A stretch of DNA of 64,000 nucleotides, taken from assembly GCA_030390025.1 (NCBI GenBank), contig CM059432.1, positions 20,648,001 to 20,712,000 on the forward strand, in the 5' to 3' direction. Below, piece by piece: positions 34,816 through 45,569 of this stretch. The stretch's first letter is position 1. Each line of letters begins with the position of its first letter. The notes under the pieces were generated by a model that was given only the letters and a program-made list of their open reading frames with translations, had not been told where the DNA came from and made no database searches. Source of the DNA: Squalus acanthias. Its lineage: Eukaryota. Position numbers and translations under genes: made by a program.

Positions 34816-35663
34816 GGGCTGGATTTTGAATGACCCGTGGAGTCGGGTTTGGAGTCGGGATGGGGGGGGGTTAAAGTTGCAGATTCGGGGGTCCCAACCT
34901 CATCCCGACTCCAACCCGCCTCCATGCCAGTTTCTCTGGCGGCGGGTACCCGACCTGGTCTGAGACCCGACTCCCCGAGGCGGGAAGGGATTAGTGACAA
35001 TTAACTGCCTGTTAACAGGTAGTTAACAGACAGTCTTTTGCATAATCCCTATTTTAAAAACAAAGGTGTGGGCTTCCCGACAGGTGGCAAACACTCCAAG
35101 TTATCGGGTCGAGCCGTGAGTCTGCAGGGGTTGGAGGGGTCGATATGTCCGGTGGGCAGGTGAGTGATGGGTGCATGTGTGCAGAGGTAAGTGTGTAAGC
35201 TAAGTGCTAAGTGTTGGAAAAAGTTTTACTTACCTTAACTTCCTCCTGCAGGTGTCAGCCCTTCAGTTTTCAGGAGTTAGAAATCTCACCGGCACAGAAA
35301 GCAGGAAAGCCGTGGACCTGTCAAAAACAGCAGCCTTCTGTTTTCTGTGCTGTAATGATTTCTAACTCAGCCTGAAAGGAAGAACTGAAGTTAGAAATCA
35401 TATTGTGAGTGTTTGACAGCTTCACAGAGCTGTCAAACGCTGATATTTCATCTGTCAAAAGCTCTTGACAGATGAAATGTCAGTCTGTGACATCACCTGT
35501 TGCCGGGTGGCCCTTAATTGGCCTGCTGAGCCCACTGGGCGGGCTCAACAAGGTCAATCAAGGGAAAATACAATGGGTTGGCCACATCTCGATGGAGGCG
35601 GGTTCACAAGCCAGAATGTGTGATTCCTGACCCCAACCCGACCCCAGTTTCAAAATCCAGCCC
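34816..35663 (+). mobile_element. Non-autonomous Harbinger-like element, subfamily B (right palindrome arm)
   Basis: 15-bp TIRs GGGCTGGATTTTGAA / TTCAAAATCCAGCCC, TSD ATA. Confidence 0.85.
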
Positions 35664-36180
35664 ATAGAGTCATAATGGCACAGAAGGAGGCCATTTGGCC
35701 AATCGAGTCCGTGCCGGCTCTCTGTAGAGCAATCCAGTCAGTCCCATTCCTCCGCTCTATCCCCGTAGCCCTGCAAGTTTATTTCCCTTAAGTGCCTATC
35801 CAGTCTCCCCTTGAAAACATTGAGTGTCTCCGCTTCCACCACATCCGTCGGCAGCGAATTTCAGGTCATCACCACTCGCTGCGTAAAAAAGTTTTTCCTC
35901 ACGTCCCCCCTGTATCTCTTGCCCAAAACCTTAAATCTGTGTCCCCTAGTCCTTGTACCATCAACTAGTGGGGTCAGCCTTTCGCCGACTAGCCTATCCA
36001 AACCCGTCATAGTCTTGTACACCTCTATCAAAACACCCCTCAACCTCCTTTGCTTGAATGAAAACAAATTCAGCTTCTCCAACCTGTCCTTGTCGCTGAG
36101 ATCCCCCATCCCCGGAACCATTCTGGTAAATCTCCTCTGCACTCTCTCAAGGGCCTTCACATCCTTCCTAAAGTGTGGTG
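35664..36180 (-). mobile_element. CR1 3' fragment whose (atagagtc)n tail hosts the two elements above
   Basis: ORF 35861-36160 (ALERVQRRFTRMVPG...FFTQRVV). Confidence 0.9.
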
Positions 36181-36704
36181 TCAGTGATAGAGAAAGGTAT
36201 ATTGAACGGGATTTAATCCCTGTTTACTTGAAAAGTGTGAATGACACAATTGAGCTTAATGCCCCTGGAGGGTTCTATTGGTGAGTGAACTGCCCAGTGT
36301 GGAACTGAATTATACAGACAAGGAAGGTCTCAGATTTAACCCCAAATGAGTTAGTTGATCTCAGCTGAGGGTGATGGGGAAATAGGGTTGCTGATGCTGG
36401 GCTCATCACCCCTTGGCCAGGGTTGAGACAAAATCTGTCTGGAATCCTGTTCCTAATTACTGTTGTGCATATATGTGGATATTGGAGTGAGGCCCCCTCC
36501 TCCAGATAAGTTGAATAATTTTTTAATTGTCACTACTTGTGCTCACACATAGGAAATGGCCACTTGGCAAGGGACTGGAGATTAGTTGGCACCGTGTAAA
36601 CATATGCTAGCATGAGTCATTGGCTTCAAGAGAAGGGGGGGGGGGAGAAAACTGAGAAAAAAATATTGAGAGGAAACAGCAGAGCCTAGTCAGCTCAGAC
36701 TATT

Positions 36705-37575
36705 CATAGAATCATAGAGATTTACAGCATGGAAGGAGGCCATTCGGCCCATCTTGTCCGTGCCGGCCGACAAAGAGCTAACTACCCTAATCCCACTTTC
36801 CAGCACTTGGTCCGTAGCCTTGTAGGTTATGGCACTTCAAGTGCATATCCAAGTACTTTTTAAATGTGATGAGGGTCTCTGCCTCTACCACCCTTTCAGG
36901 CAGTGAGTTCCAGACCCCCACCACCCTCTGGGTGAAAAAATTTCTCCTCAACTCCCCTCTAAACCTCCGACCAATTACTTTAAATCTATACCCCCTGGTT
37001 ATTGACCCTTCTGCTAAGGGAAATAGGTCCTTCCTATCCACTCTATCTAGGCCCTCATAATTTTAAACACCACAATTAAGTCTCCCCTCAGCCTCCTCTG
37101 CTCCAAAGGAAACAACCCCAGCCTATCCAATCTTTCCTCATAGCTAAAATTCCCCAGCCCAGGCAACGTCCTCGTAAATCTCCTTTGCACCCCCTCTAGT
37201 GCAATCACATCCTTCCTATAATGTGGTGACCAGAACTGCACGCAGTATTCTAGCTGCGGCCTAACTAGTGTTTTATATAGTTCAAGCATAACCTCCCTGC
37301 TCTTATATTCTACGCCTCGGCTAATAAAGGCAAGTATCCCGTATGCCTTCTTAACCACCTTATCTACCTGTCCTGCTACCTTCAGGGATCTGTGGACATG
37401 CACTCCAAGGTCCCTCTGATCTTCTGCACTTCTCAGTGTCCTACCATTTAATGTGTATTCCCTTGCCTTGTTAGCCCTCCCCAAATGCATTACCTCACAC
37501 TTCTCCAGATTGAATTCCATTTGCCACTGTTCTGCCCACCATACCAGTCCATTGATATCTTCCTGCAGTCTGTCT
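36705..37575 (-). mobile_element. CR1 3' fragment (same subfamily as 1829-2737)
   Basis: ORFs 37047-37625 and 36787-37041. Confidence 0.92.
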
Positions 37576-37857
37576 ACTATTGTAGACTCTTGTTGTCCCT
37601 TGCCCCCTGCATGCTTTGGGCCCAATCCTGTCGCACATGCCAGTTCTTAGGCTGAGTATAGCAGTCATGTTCTGTACCCTTCCTAGCCCCAGTGTACACC
37701 GCAACTAAACCCTTCCAGTTTGTATCAGCAACTCCATATGAGTTGTTGACCCTCTGAGCTATTTTGCAACATGATGTTCTGTTTTCCTATCTGAATGTTT
37801 ATGTATTAACATTTCTTCATTGTCAAGTGACATTTCCTTCTTTCTGAGTAGCACAAT

Positions 37858-38378
37858 TTTGAAGAAGAGCAGAGGAGTTTGCCCCGGTGTCCTGGAAATA
37901 TTTATCCCTCAACCAACATCACTAACACAGATGATCTGGTCATTATCACATTGTTGTTTGTGGGAGCTTGCTGTGTGCGAATTGGCTGTCGAGTTTCCTA
38001 CATTACAACAGTGATGACACTTCAAAAAGTATTTAACTCAATGTAAAATGCTATGGGATGTCCTGAGGTCATGATAGGCGCTCCAGTGCAGTGCTGAGGG
38101 AGTGCTGCACTGTCGGAGGTGCCGTCTTTCGGATGAGATGTTGAACCGAGGCCCCATCTGCTCTCTCAGGTAGACGTAAAAGATCCCATGGCACTATTTC
38201 GAAGAAGAGCAGGGGAATTATCCCCGGTGTCCTGGCCAATATTTATCCCTCAATCAACATAACAAAAAAACAGATTATCTGGTCATTATCACATCCAAAA
38301 GTACTTCATTGGCTGTAAAGCACTTTGAGACGTCTGGTGGTCATGAAAGGCGCGATATAAATGCAAGTTCTTTCTTTA
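37858..38378 (+). mobile_element. Two tandem partial Deu-domain SINEs
   Basis: gaagaagagcag...cccggtgtcctgg occurs at 37861 and 38201; tail ataaatgcaagttctttcttt. Confidence 0.75.
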
Positions 38379-39689
38379 CTAATCTTTAATCATGCACTGT
38401 GTTGGAGAAGTCAAACAAAGGGTTAAAAGAACACCCCTGCATGCTTTGGGCCCAATCCTGTCGCACATATCAGTTCTTAGGATGAGTACAGGTTAAAAGA
38501 AACCGCAAATGAGAACTTTAAGTAAGGAATGTTCACACTTAAGATGTCGCCAGAAAGCTTTAGGAAAAGAATTCTGAAAGCTGGGGTGCCAAATTGATGC
38601 AGGATTGTAGGCATTTGATGAATTGCACCAAGGGAGTGATTGGTTGTGGATTCGTAACTGCAGAATCCAGGTGCACAATAAGACCTCAATCTCAGCAGCA
38701 CTTGAGTGCCAAGGGACAGGAAAAAAAATGAATGAAAAACGGTCAGATATGGAAACACAAATTTCACGTGAATTTTAAAATTTAATGGCGCATACTCGGA
38801 GCTTTCTGGTTAACTGCTGTACCAGCGAGAAGATGAAAGGAATCTAACACCAAATCAAACTTTCCATAAATAATAAGAAAGAAAAATCACAAAGGCTTTG
38901 CAAAGCTGCTAACTGGAGACATACCCGAGCAGCAAAGTTTGCACACTCAGTTGATATCCTTAATGTTTTATGAACAGCGACAGTTCATGAGGAACAAGAA
39001 TTTGATAAAGACCTGTATGAAAAATTGTTTTAATTTTGAGCTGTCTGACACAGGACCATAATGGCTTGCTGGCATTCAATTTCATGGACTATATGGAGGC
39101 AGTGTTTAAGGTTAGAGTTGCATTAGATTTAAAGCTGTTATTATAAGGATCAGCTCAGGATCCAATTAAAATTCCTAAATAGTCTGACTTTGACTACTTT
39201 AGGAGTGCATTCACAGTCCAACTGTAGCATGAGAGCAAAGTGGTTTGGCTTCGCACTAATGCTGCAGCTGGAAGCTGGTATAGGGGCTTGACCTGACAAT
39301 GGAATGAAGCTGAGTGAGATAAACTGGAGGAGGTAGTCTAACTCCACTTAATCTGGATAATCATTTCTGGCCTTGGCACCTGATTTGTGCTCCAAGTTTA
39401 GCATCTCCGTGATGTGGTTTCAGCTAAATGTGTGGAATGTGAAAGCAGCCGAAGAATATTTGCAAAGACCAGATTGTGTCTTAGTATGAAGCATGTTGGG
39501 CACGTCTTCGTGAGTTGCTGTCCTCGTGCTGCAGTTTATTGTTCTGTGGCTGCGATCAGAGCAACAAGTCGATTTTAAAGAAGAAACATTTTACTTTTAC
39601 ATTTCGTCAGCGATGGTAAGAGGGAATGTGTGTTTAGAAACTGGTCAGCTGGAAGGTGAGCAACTTTAATGCTCTTGTGATGAATATAA

Positions 39690-41065
39690 ATCCAGGTGAG
39701 TGGAGAATATTCCAGCACATTCACCACTTGTGCTTTCTAGATGGTGGAGAGGCTCCGAGGGGGACAAGAAATGAATCAGCCATCGCAGAATAACTGACCT
39801 CTATCCTGCTTTTGTAATCAGAATGTTGATATTGCTTCTCCATTTTAGTTTCTGGTCAATGGTGACCCCCCCCCCCCCCCCCCCCACCCATCCCACCCCC
39901 AAAGATATCCATGGTGGGGGACTGGATGAGGGGGGTAATAATAAAGATCAAGAAGAAGGCTTTTAATTTTTGAAGACAATCATTACCAGACATTTGTCAG
40001 TCCAAAACCTGGATGTTATCCAGTTCTGGCTATAAGCTGGCATGGACTACTTTATTACCAGACGAGTTGTAATAGAGCTGAACACTGTGGAATCACTGGG
40101 AAACAGTCCATTCCTGATCTTATCATAGAGGAAAGATCATTGATAAAGCAACTGGAGATAGTTTGCCACAGGACATTTCCCTGAGGAACTCCTGCAGTGG
40201 TGTTCTGGGGATATAATGATTGGCCTCTGTTGATTGGCCTCCAATAACCATCACCATCTTCTTTTGTGTCAGATATGACTCCAGCAACTAAAATGTTTCT
40301 CCCTTGATTCCCATTAACCACTCTGTGAATGTCGTCTCAATGTCTAGGACAGTTGCTCTCACTTCTACTGTGACATTCAGCCTTTGTCTCTGTATCTGGG
40401 TCAAGGCTGTGATGAGGTCTGGAATTGTTTGATTCTGGTGAATCCTGAACTGAGCAATTGCAAGCAGTTCATTGGTGAGTAGGTGTCACTGGATGGCACA
40501 ATTAATGACTCCTTCCATCACCTTGCCGATGATTGGGGAGAGGCTGATATCATGTTAATTAGCTGATCTAGGTTTGTCCTGTTTTTGATGGATAGGACGT
40601 CCTTGGGCAGTTTTCCACATTGTTGGGTAGAGGCCAGTGTCATAGCTATACAGCTTGTCTAGTTGGGTGGTTAGTTCTGCTACACAGGTCTTCAACACTA
40701 TGTCTAAGGTTTTGTCAGGGCTTATAGCCTTCACTGTCCACTTGGCACTTCTGAATGAAGACACTTGCAAACACTTCAGCTTTGTCTCTTGCATGTGTGC
40801 TGGGCTCCACCATGATTGAGGATGGTGATGAGCATGGAGCCTCCTTTCCCCAATAGTAGCCTGATCATTCTCCAACATCCCCGATGTGGTAGGACTACGG
40901 AACTTTTCTCTGATCCGTCGATTGTGTGACCGTTTAGTTCTGTCTATAGTCTGCTTTTTGTGCTTAGCATGCAGGTAGCCTTGTTATACCTTCATCAGGT
41001 CGGCACTTCATTCTAAGTTATGCTAGTGCTGCTTTTGGCACACCCTTCTGCACTTTCCATTGGAC
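39690..41065 (-). mobile_element. Old LINE ORF2 internal fragment
   Basis: Peptides TAGVPQGNVL..FINDL and LKTCVAEL...PTMWKTA..PIHQK. Confidence 0.7.
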
Positions 41066-42349
41066 CTAGTCTGATGTCATACATCTGTCCACCTGTGCCA
41101 AACAAGCTGAACTGTTTCTTTCTTTTCCACGGAAGCAAAGTTTTGTAAATCTTGTGGATTAATTCAGTCTCCATCCTGGATCACCAGATGTCAGGTCTGA
41201 TATCAAGCTGAGCACATCTGTCCCTATTAAAGAAGTAAAGTTGCATTGGGATGAAATGAAGTATCACAAATGTAATGAAATTTAACCCAGTATGATCAGC
41301 GGTGTGTCAATAAAGAATAAGCTTTGGTTCATAATCTTAATGAAAGTGTACAGCTTTTTTTATATAGGTGAAAGGGGTATGAAGATGGTGCAGGACAAGA
41401 GGGCGTTTGTAACGAGAAAGAGGAAGGAGGAGATAGATCAAGAAATAATGATTAGGGGATGCAAGCTTGGGTTTTCAAAGTCTATCAATTATTGGAGGGA
41501 GGGAGGGAAGAGTGAGGGACGTAAGAAATTGACAATGTTTAGGTCCTGAAAAGAATAAATGAGATATGTATGAGTCGTGGTGGGCCTAGGGACTGATTGG
41601 TTTATAAACCATTCCTAGTTTTGGTACATAAACATACCAAATAAAGAAGTTAGAGTGAATAAATAGCTGAGACAAAATCGCTAGTATGTTTAATGTTGTC
41701 ACAGACATTTGTAGCCCTCTGATATTCCTAGCTCGCACAAGGGTTTGAAGACCTTAAAAAACACTAATGTCGGAAGGTGATGAAAAGTACTCTCTAAAAA
41801 TTAAATACAAATCACAAATTCATCTCCTTTCTGCCCATTGGCATTTCTCCCTCGCCACACTTGCACATTGGGACAATGAAATTGCACTGCTGGTAATTGG
41901 AACAGCTTTTGTTGTGAATGTGGAATCGTGAAAATTGGACATCACTAAATAAATTCATTTTCTTAACTTCTAAGAGTCAACCCCGTTTTTCATTCTATGT
42001 TTTCTAATGTGATTCTAAAGCAACTGAACACTGTTGGGACCCGAGTTAAAATCCATCACACACTAATGATATAAAAGTCTTCTCGTGAAGTGTTATAAAT
42101 GAAATTAATTTGGAGCAAGGGCCTAGCACAAAACTGCCACAATTTGACATTGATTAGCATTCAATTGATATCCTCAGTCAACCTGGTTTGAGAAAGGAAA
42201 AATTTAATGCAGGTTTAATAGAGTGTGCTCTTGAGGTTAGGTTAAGAAAGAATATGGAAGGATATCGTCGAAGGAGCTTTACTCTGCTGCTGACCACATG
42301 CCATATTTGACCTGGTAGTGCTCAGTGCAGACACAGGATAATCAAAGTG

Positions 42350-42645
42350 GGAAGGTAAGGGGTCGGCCATTTAGGACTGAGATGAGGAGAAATTTCTTCA
42401 CTCAAAGACTTGTGAATCTTTGGAATTCTCCACCCCAGAGAGCTGTGGATGCTCAGTCGTTGAGTATATTCAAGACAGAGGTCGATGCATTTTTGGGAAC
42501 AAAGGGAATTAAGGGATATGGGGATAGTGCGGGAAGGTGGAGTTGAGGTAGGAGAACAGCCATGATCTTGTTGAATGGCGGAGCAGGCTCGAAGGGCCAA
42601 ATGACCTACTCCAGCTCCTATTTCTTATGTTCTTATGTTCTTATA
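42350..42645 (+). mobile_element. CR1 3' fragment
   Basis: RGRPFRTEMRRNFFTQRLVNLWNS plus (ttcttatg)n tail. Confidence 0.9.
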
Positions 42646-43424
42646 TTCTAGTCCTCACTGATTGATATCCTTACCTTTTTTTACATGCAAAAGTCATCTC
42701 AAACATTTTTTAAAAGAGCTCACTGCTTTGACTGTCTGATTTTCCCCTAATTAGGCTTGAATGAAACAATGATTTCACTGCAGTTAGACTGCCTATCAGA
42801 TGCGTGCTGATGCTCATTGACCTAATTTGTATGTCATACACACATTTGACATCTTTGATTTATGTCCAAGAGAAGTAATGATTTTTCTAGGAACGTTCAA
42901 ATTGCATCGAGATGCATTTGACCTGCTCTGAGATGTGGAATATATCTTCAATCAATGAACGATTGAGCATTTGAATGTAGAAAATGACATCTTCTCCATT
43001 GAAATGATTTCTGCTGGGTGATGGTAAATGATGGGAAATCATTAAAATGGTGATTTTTTTTCTTTATTTCGCCTGTTCTCTCCTTCCTCCGCCACCCCCC
43101 TGAAACTATTGACTATGCCGGCGTATGGTTCCACGGGCGGTGTGTAGCATTGTACGATCTTAAAGGTATATCTTTCATTCGACCAGATGGTTACTAATAA
43201 GTCATAGAAAAGTAAAATTATGATAAAACTGACTGGATTTGTGCATGCCAATGAAAGTTTACCAGTAAAGTATTTATACGTCCTTTGTCTGGGGAGTAGA
43301 GCTCAGAACCGCGGGGTGATCAAATCCTTTAATCTTGGGAAATGGTCGACGCGTCGTTCCTTCCTTCTTCACTAGTGGCTTCTTCTTTCTCGATCCTGGA
43401 TACCACCCGATTCTTATACTCTTT

Positions 43425-44694
43425 GGGCCTGAATTTGCGGTCGGAGGCTTCCCGCGGGGAAATGCCTCCGATCCGCAAATAAAATCCACGCCTACCTTCT
43501 GCCTCGGGACCCACGGAGACTCGCGCTCCTGGGCCGGCCCAACCAATGAAAGAAGCGGGATCCCCATTCATGCTTATGGGGATTCCGTACGTACGGAATC
43601 CTCATAAGCATGAATGGGGATCACATAAAAAGCACAATTACATACCAAATAAATAAATAAAAAATTACATGTTTAAAATTAATTAAAATACAATTTAATT
43701 AAACATTTAAAACAAAAATTTAAATTTTTGAAAAATAAATGTAAATGTTTTAAAGCGGCTAAAAATAACCGTAACTTATTTTACAGGTGCTTTAATATTT
43801 AAATAATTGAAAAAAATTTATTTTTATATTCACTTAAACTCTTAGGGGTAAAAATTCAGTTGGTTGCGCCTCCCGTTAGCACCTTAAGAGGGCGCTAATG
43901 GGGCGCAAAGCCGCTAACGCCCGGGCGCAGCGATGTTTGCGCCGTTTGAGAACTTAACTAGACATTGTGCGGCGGCGCTAAACTTTACCGCTGCGACCAC
44001 CTGCGCGCGCAGATTGTGACGTCATTCCATGGTACAACGCCCTTGTGGCGCCCCGGAGCGGAAATTGAGTGGCGCCCCCTGCCTTACCGCCTGGCGCATC
44101 CAACGACCGGAAGACTGGAACGCTATCAATCGCTGTGGGGCTGGGGGGGGCGCTATTTAAAGGGGGCCTCTTCCTGTCTTTTTCTGTGGTTGACATTTTT
44201 GCACCACTCGTTCTGAGAGAGAGAGAGAGATTCGGAGAGAGAGAAAGAGAGACTTCTGCATTGACTCAACGCTTTGTGAGGTAGTTTTGCCTACTGATCC
44301 TAACAGTTGGCCCGCCCCGCTTTAAGAAGTGGCCGGCGCCAGTGTGTCTGTGTTCCCTCGCTAACTGGCAGCAGCTGCGCTGCGCTCGCGCTCTGAGTTA
44401 GCGCCTCACTGCTCGGCCTTTGCGCCTTAAGACAGGTGTGCAGCGCCTGATTTAGCGCTCCACTCACCTCCCGGGGCGGTAAAAGTGAAGTTTCCAGTCA
44501 GTGGCGATAATTAGCGCCAGGCGCTAATATTTGCGTCCAGACGATATTTGCGCCCCAAATGGGGCGCGACCTAATTTTTCCCCCTTAGGCTGGTAAAAGC
44601 AGGCCTTACGCGCGCAAAATCCCGGAACTTGCGGGCCCCTTATGGGCGCGTACGCACCACGTACCCACCCATAGGCACCGGAAAATACAGGCCA
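43425..44694. mobile_element. Non-autonomous DNA transposon (Harbinger-like) with internal 64-bp palindrome and AT-rich core
   Basis: Imperfect TIRs GGCCTGAATTT / AAATACAGGCC and CpG-rich ends. TSD not resolved. Confidence 0.6.
43845..44584. mobile_element. Nested Harbinger-like MITE
   Basis: TIRs GGGGTAAAAATT / AATTTTTCCCCC, perfect TSD TTA (43842-43844 and 44585-44587), many GCGC motifs. Confidence 0.8.
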
Positions 44695-45569
44695 ACGTCT
44701 CCATTTTCATGTGTACAGCATAAACCCTAGTTCAAAGGGGCTAGGCTGAAGCTTTCTGTTCCTGTGTACAGCATGACCCCCAGTTGAAAGGCTGAATCTT
44801 GCTGGACAATTGTCCCGTCCATTCTGCTCAAGTTAACCTGATGTTTGTTCCAGTACGGCCTTTAATTTGCTCACTCAGTTCCCTTTTTTGTATGCAGCTA
44901 TTGTCTGGTAACCTCCTTACTGATTGAACCAGTCCCAGGTTCCTTCAGTGAATAAATGACTGACCAGGTTCCTTCACCATCTCGCGCTTCAGTTAAGTTG
45001 CCATGATTCATCTCTGTGTCTAGACAGTGAGTGTTCAATGGCTATTTAACAATCATAGTCAAGCCAGAACATTTCCTCATGCATGCCCATCAAGCAGGTA
45101 CTTGTAGATCAGGACTGATGTCAGGAAGCACTCTTCAACACAATAGAGTCCTAAATGTCTGGAATATTCTCCTGGGTAGGGCAGAGGAGGCAAAAACTAG
45201 AGATCAATTCAAGAGGCAGTTAGATGCGGTACAGGGAGATGTGTAATCAAGTTTTCAGAGCAGGCTGCTCCTGGGTGTCCCAGAAACTGAACCTGCTTGA
45301 AGCCCCCACCCCCACTCCCCCAAAGAGGAAAAGTCCCTTTAGCTACGTAAGTTAATAGTTGGCTGAGTTTTATCCTGTTCACTGTCCCTTCTCTAATACC
45401 CTTATAATGATAGTGCTGAAGATTTTAATAGGATTTTGAAGTGGGTCCAATGGGACAAACTGCAAATGAGAGGCCAACAGTGAAGCTGTCGTCTGCACTT
45501 GGGCTGTTCGATAAAACTGAGCTGCAAGCAGGCTTTTATTGATTGGTCTGGAGTCTGGTAAATGGCTGG

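Noticed and set aside
37047..37625. ORF with a novel N-terminus fused to CR1 RT
   Set aside because: Chance read-through from flanking DNA into a 5'-truncated CR1 fragment.
39424..39509. AG...GTGAGT-bounded segment encoding KCVECESS...
   Set aside because: Weak pyrimidine tract, no similarity to ADGRB1, and not frame-preserving.
42030..42200. Possible LF-SINE-like relic
   Set aside because: The resemblance rests on recall of short motifs and is too decayed to support a call.
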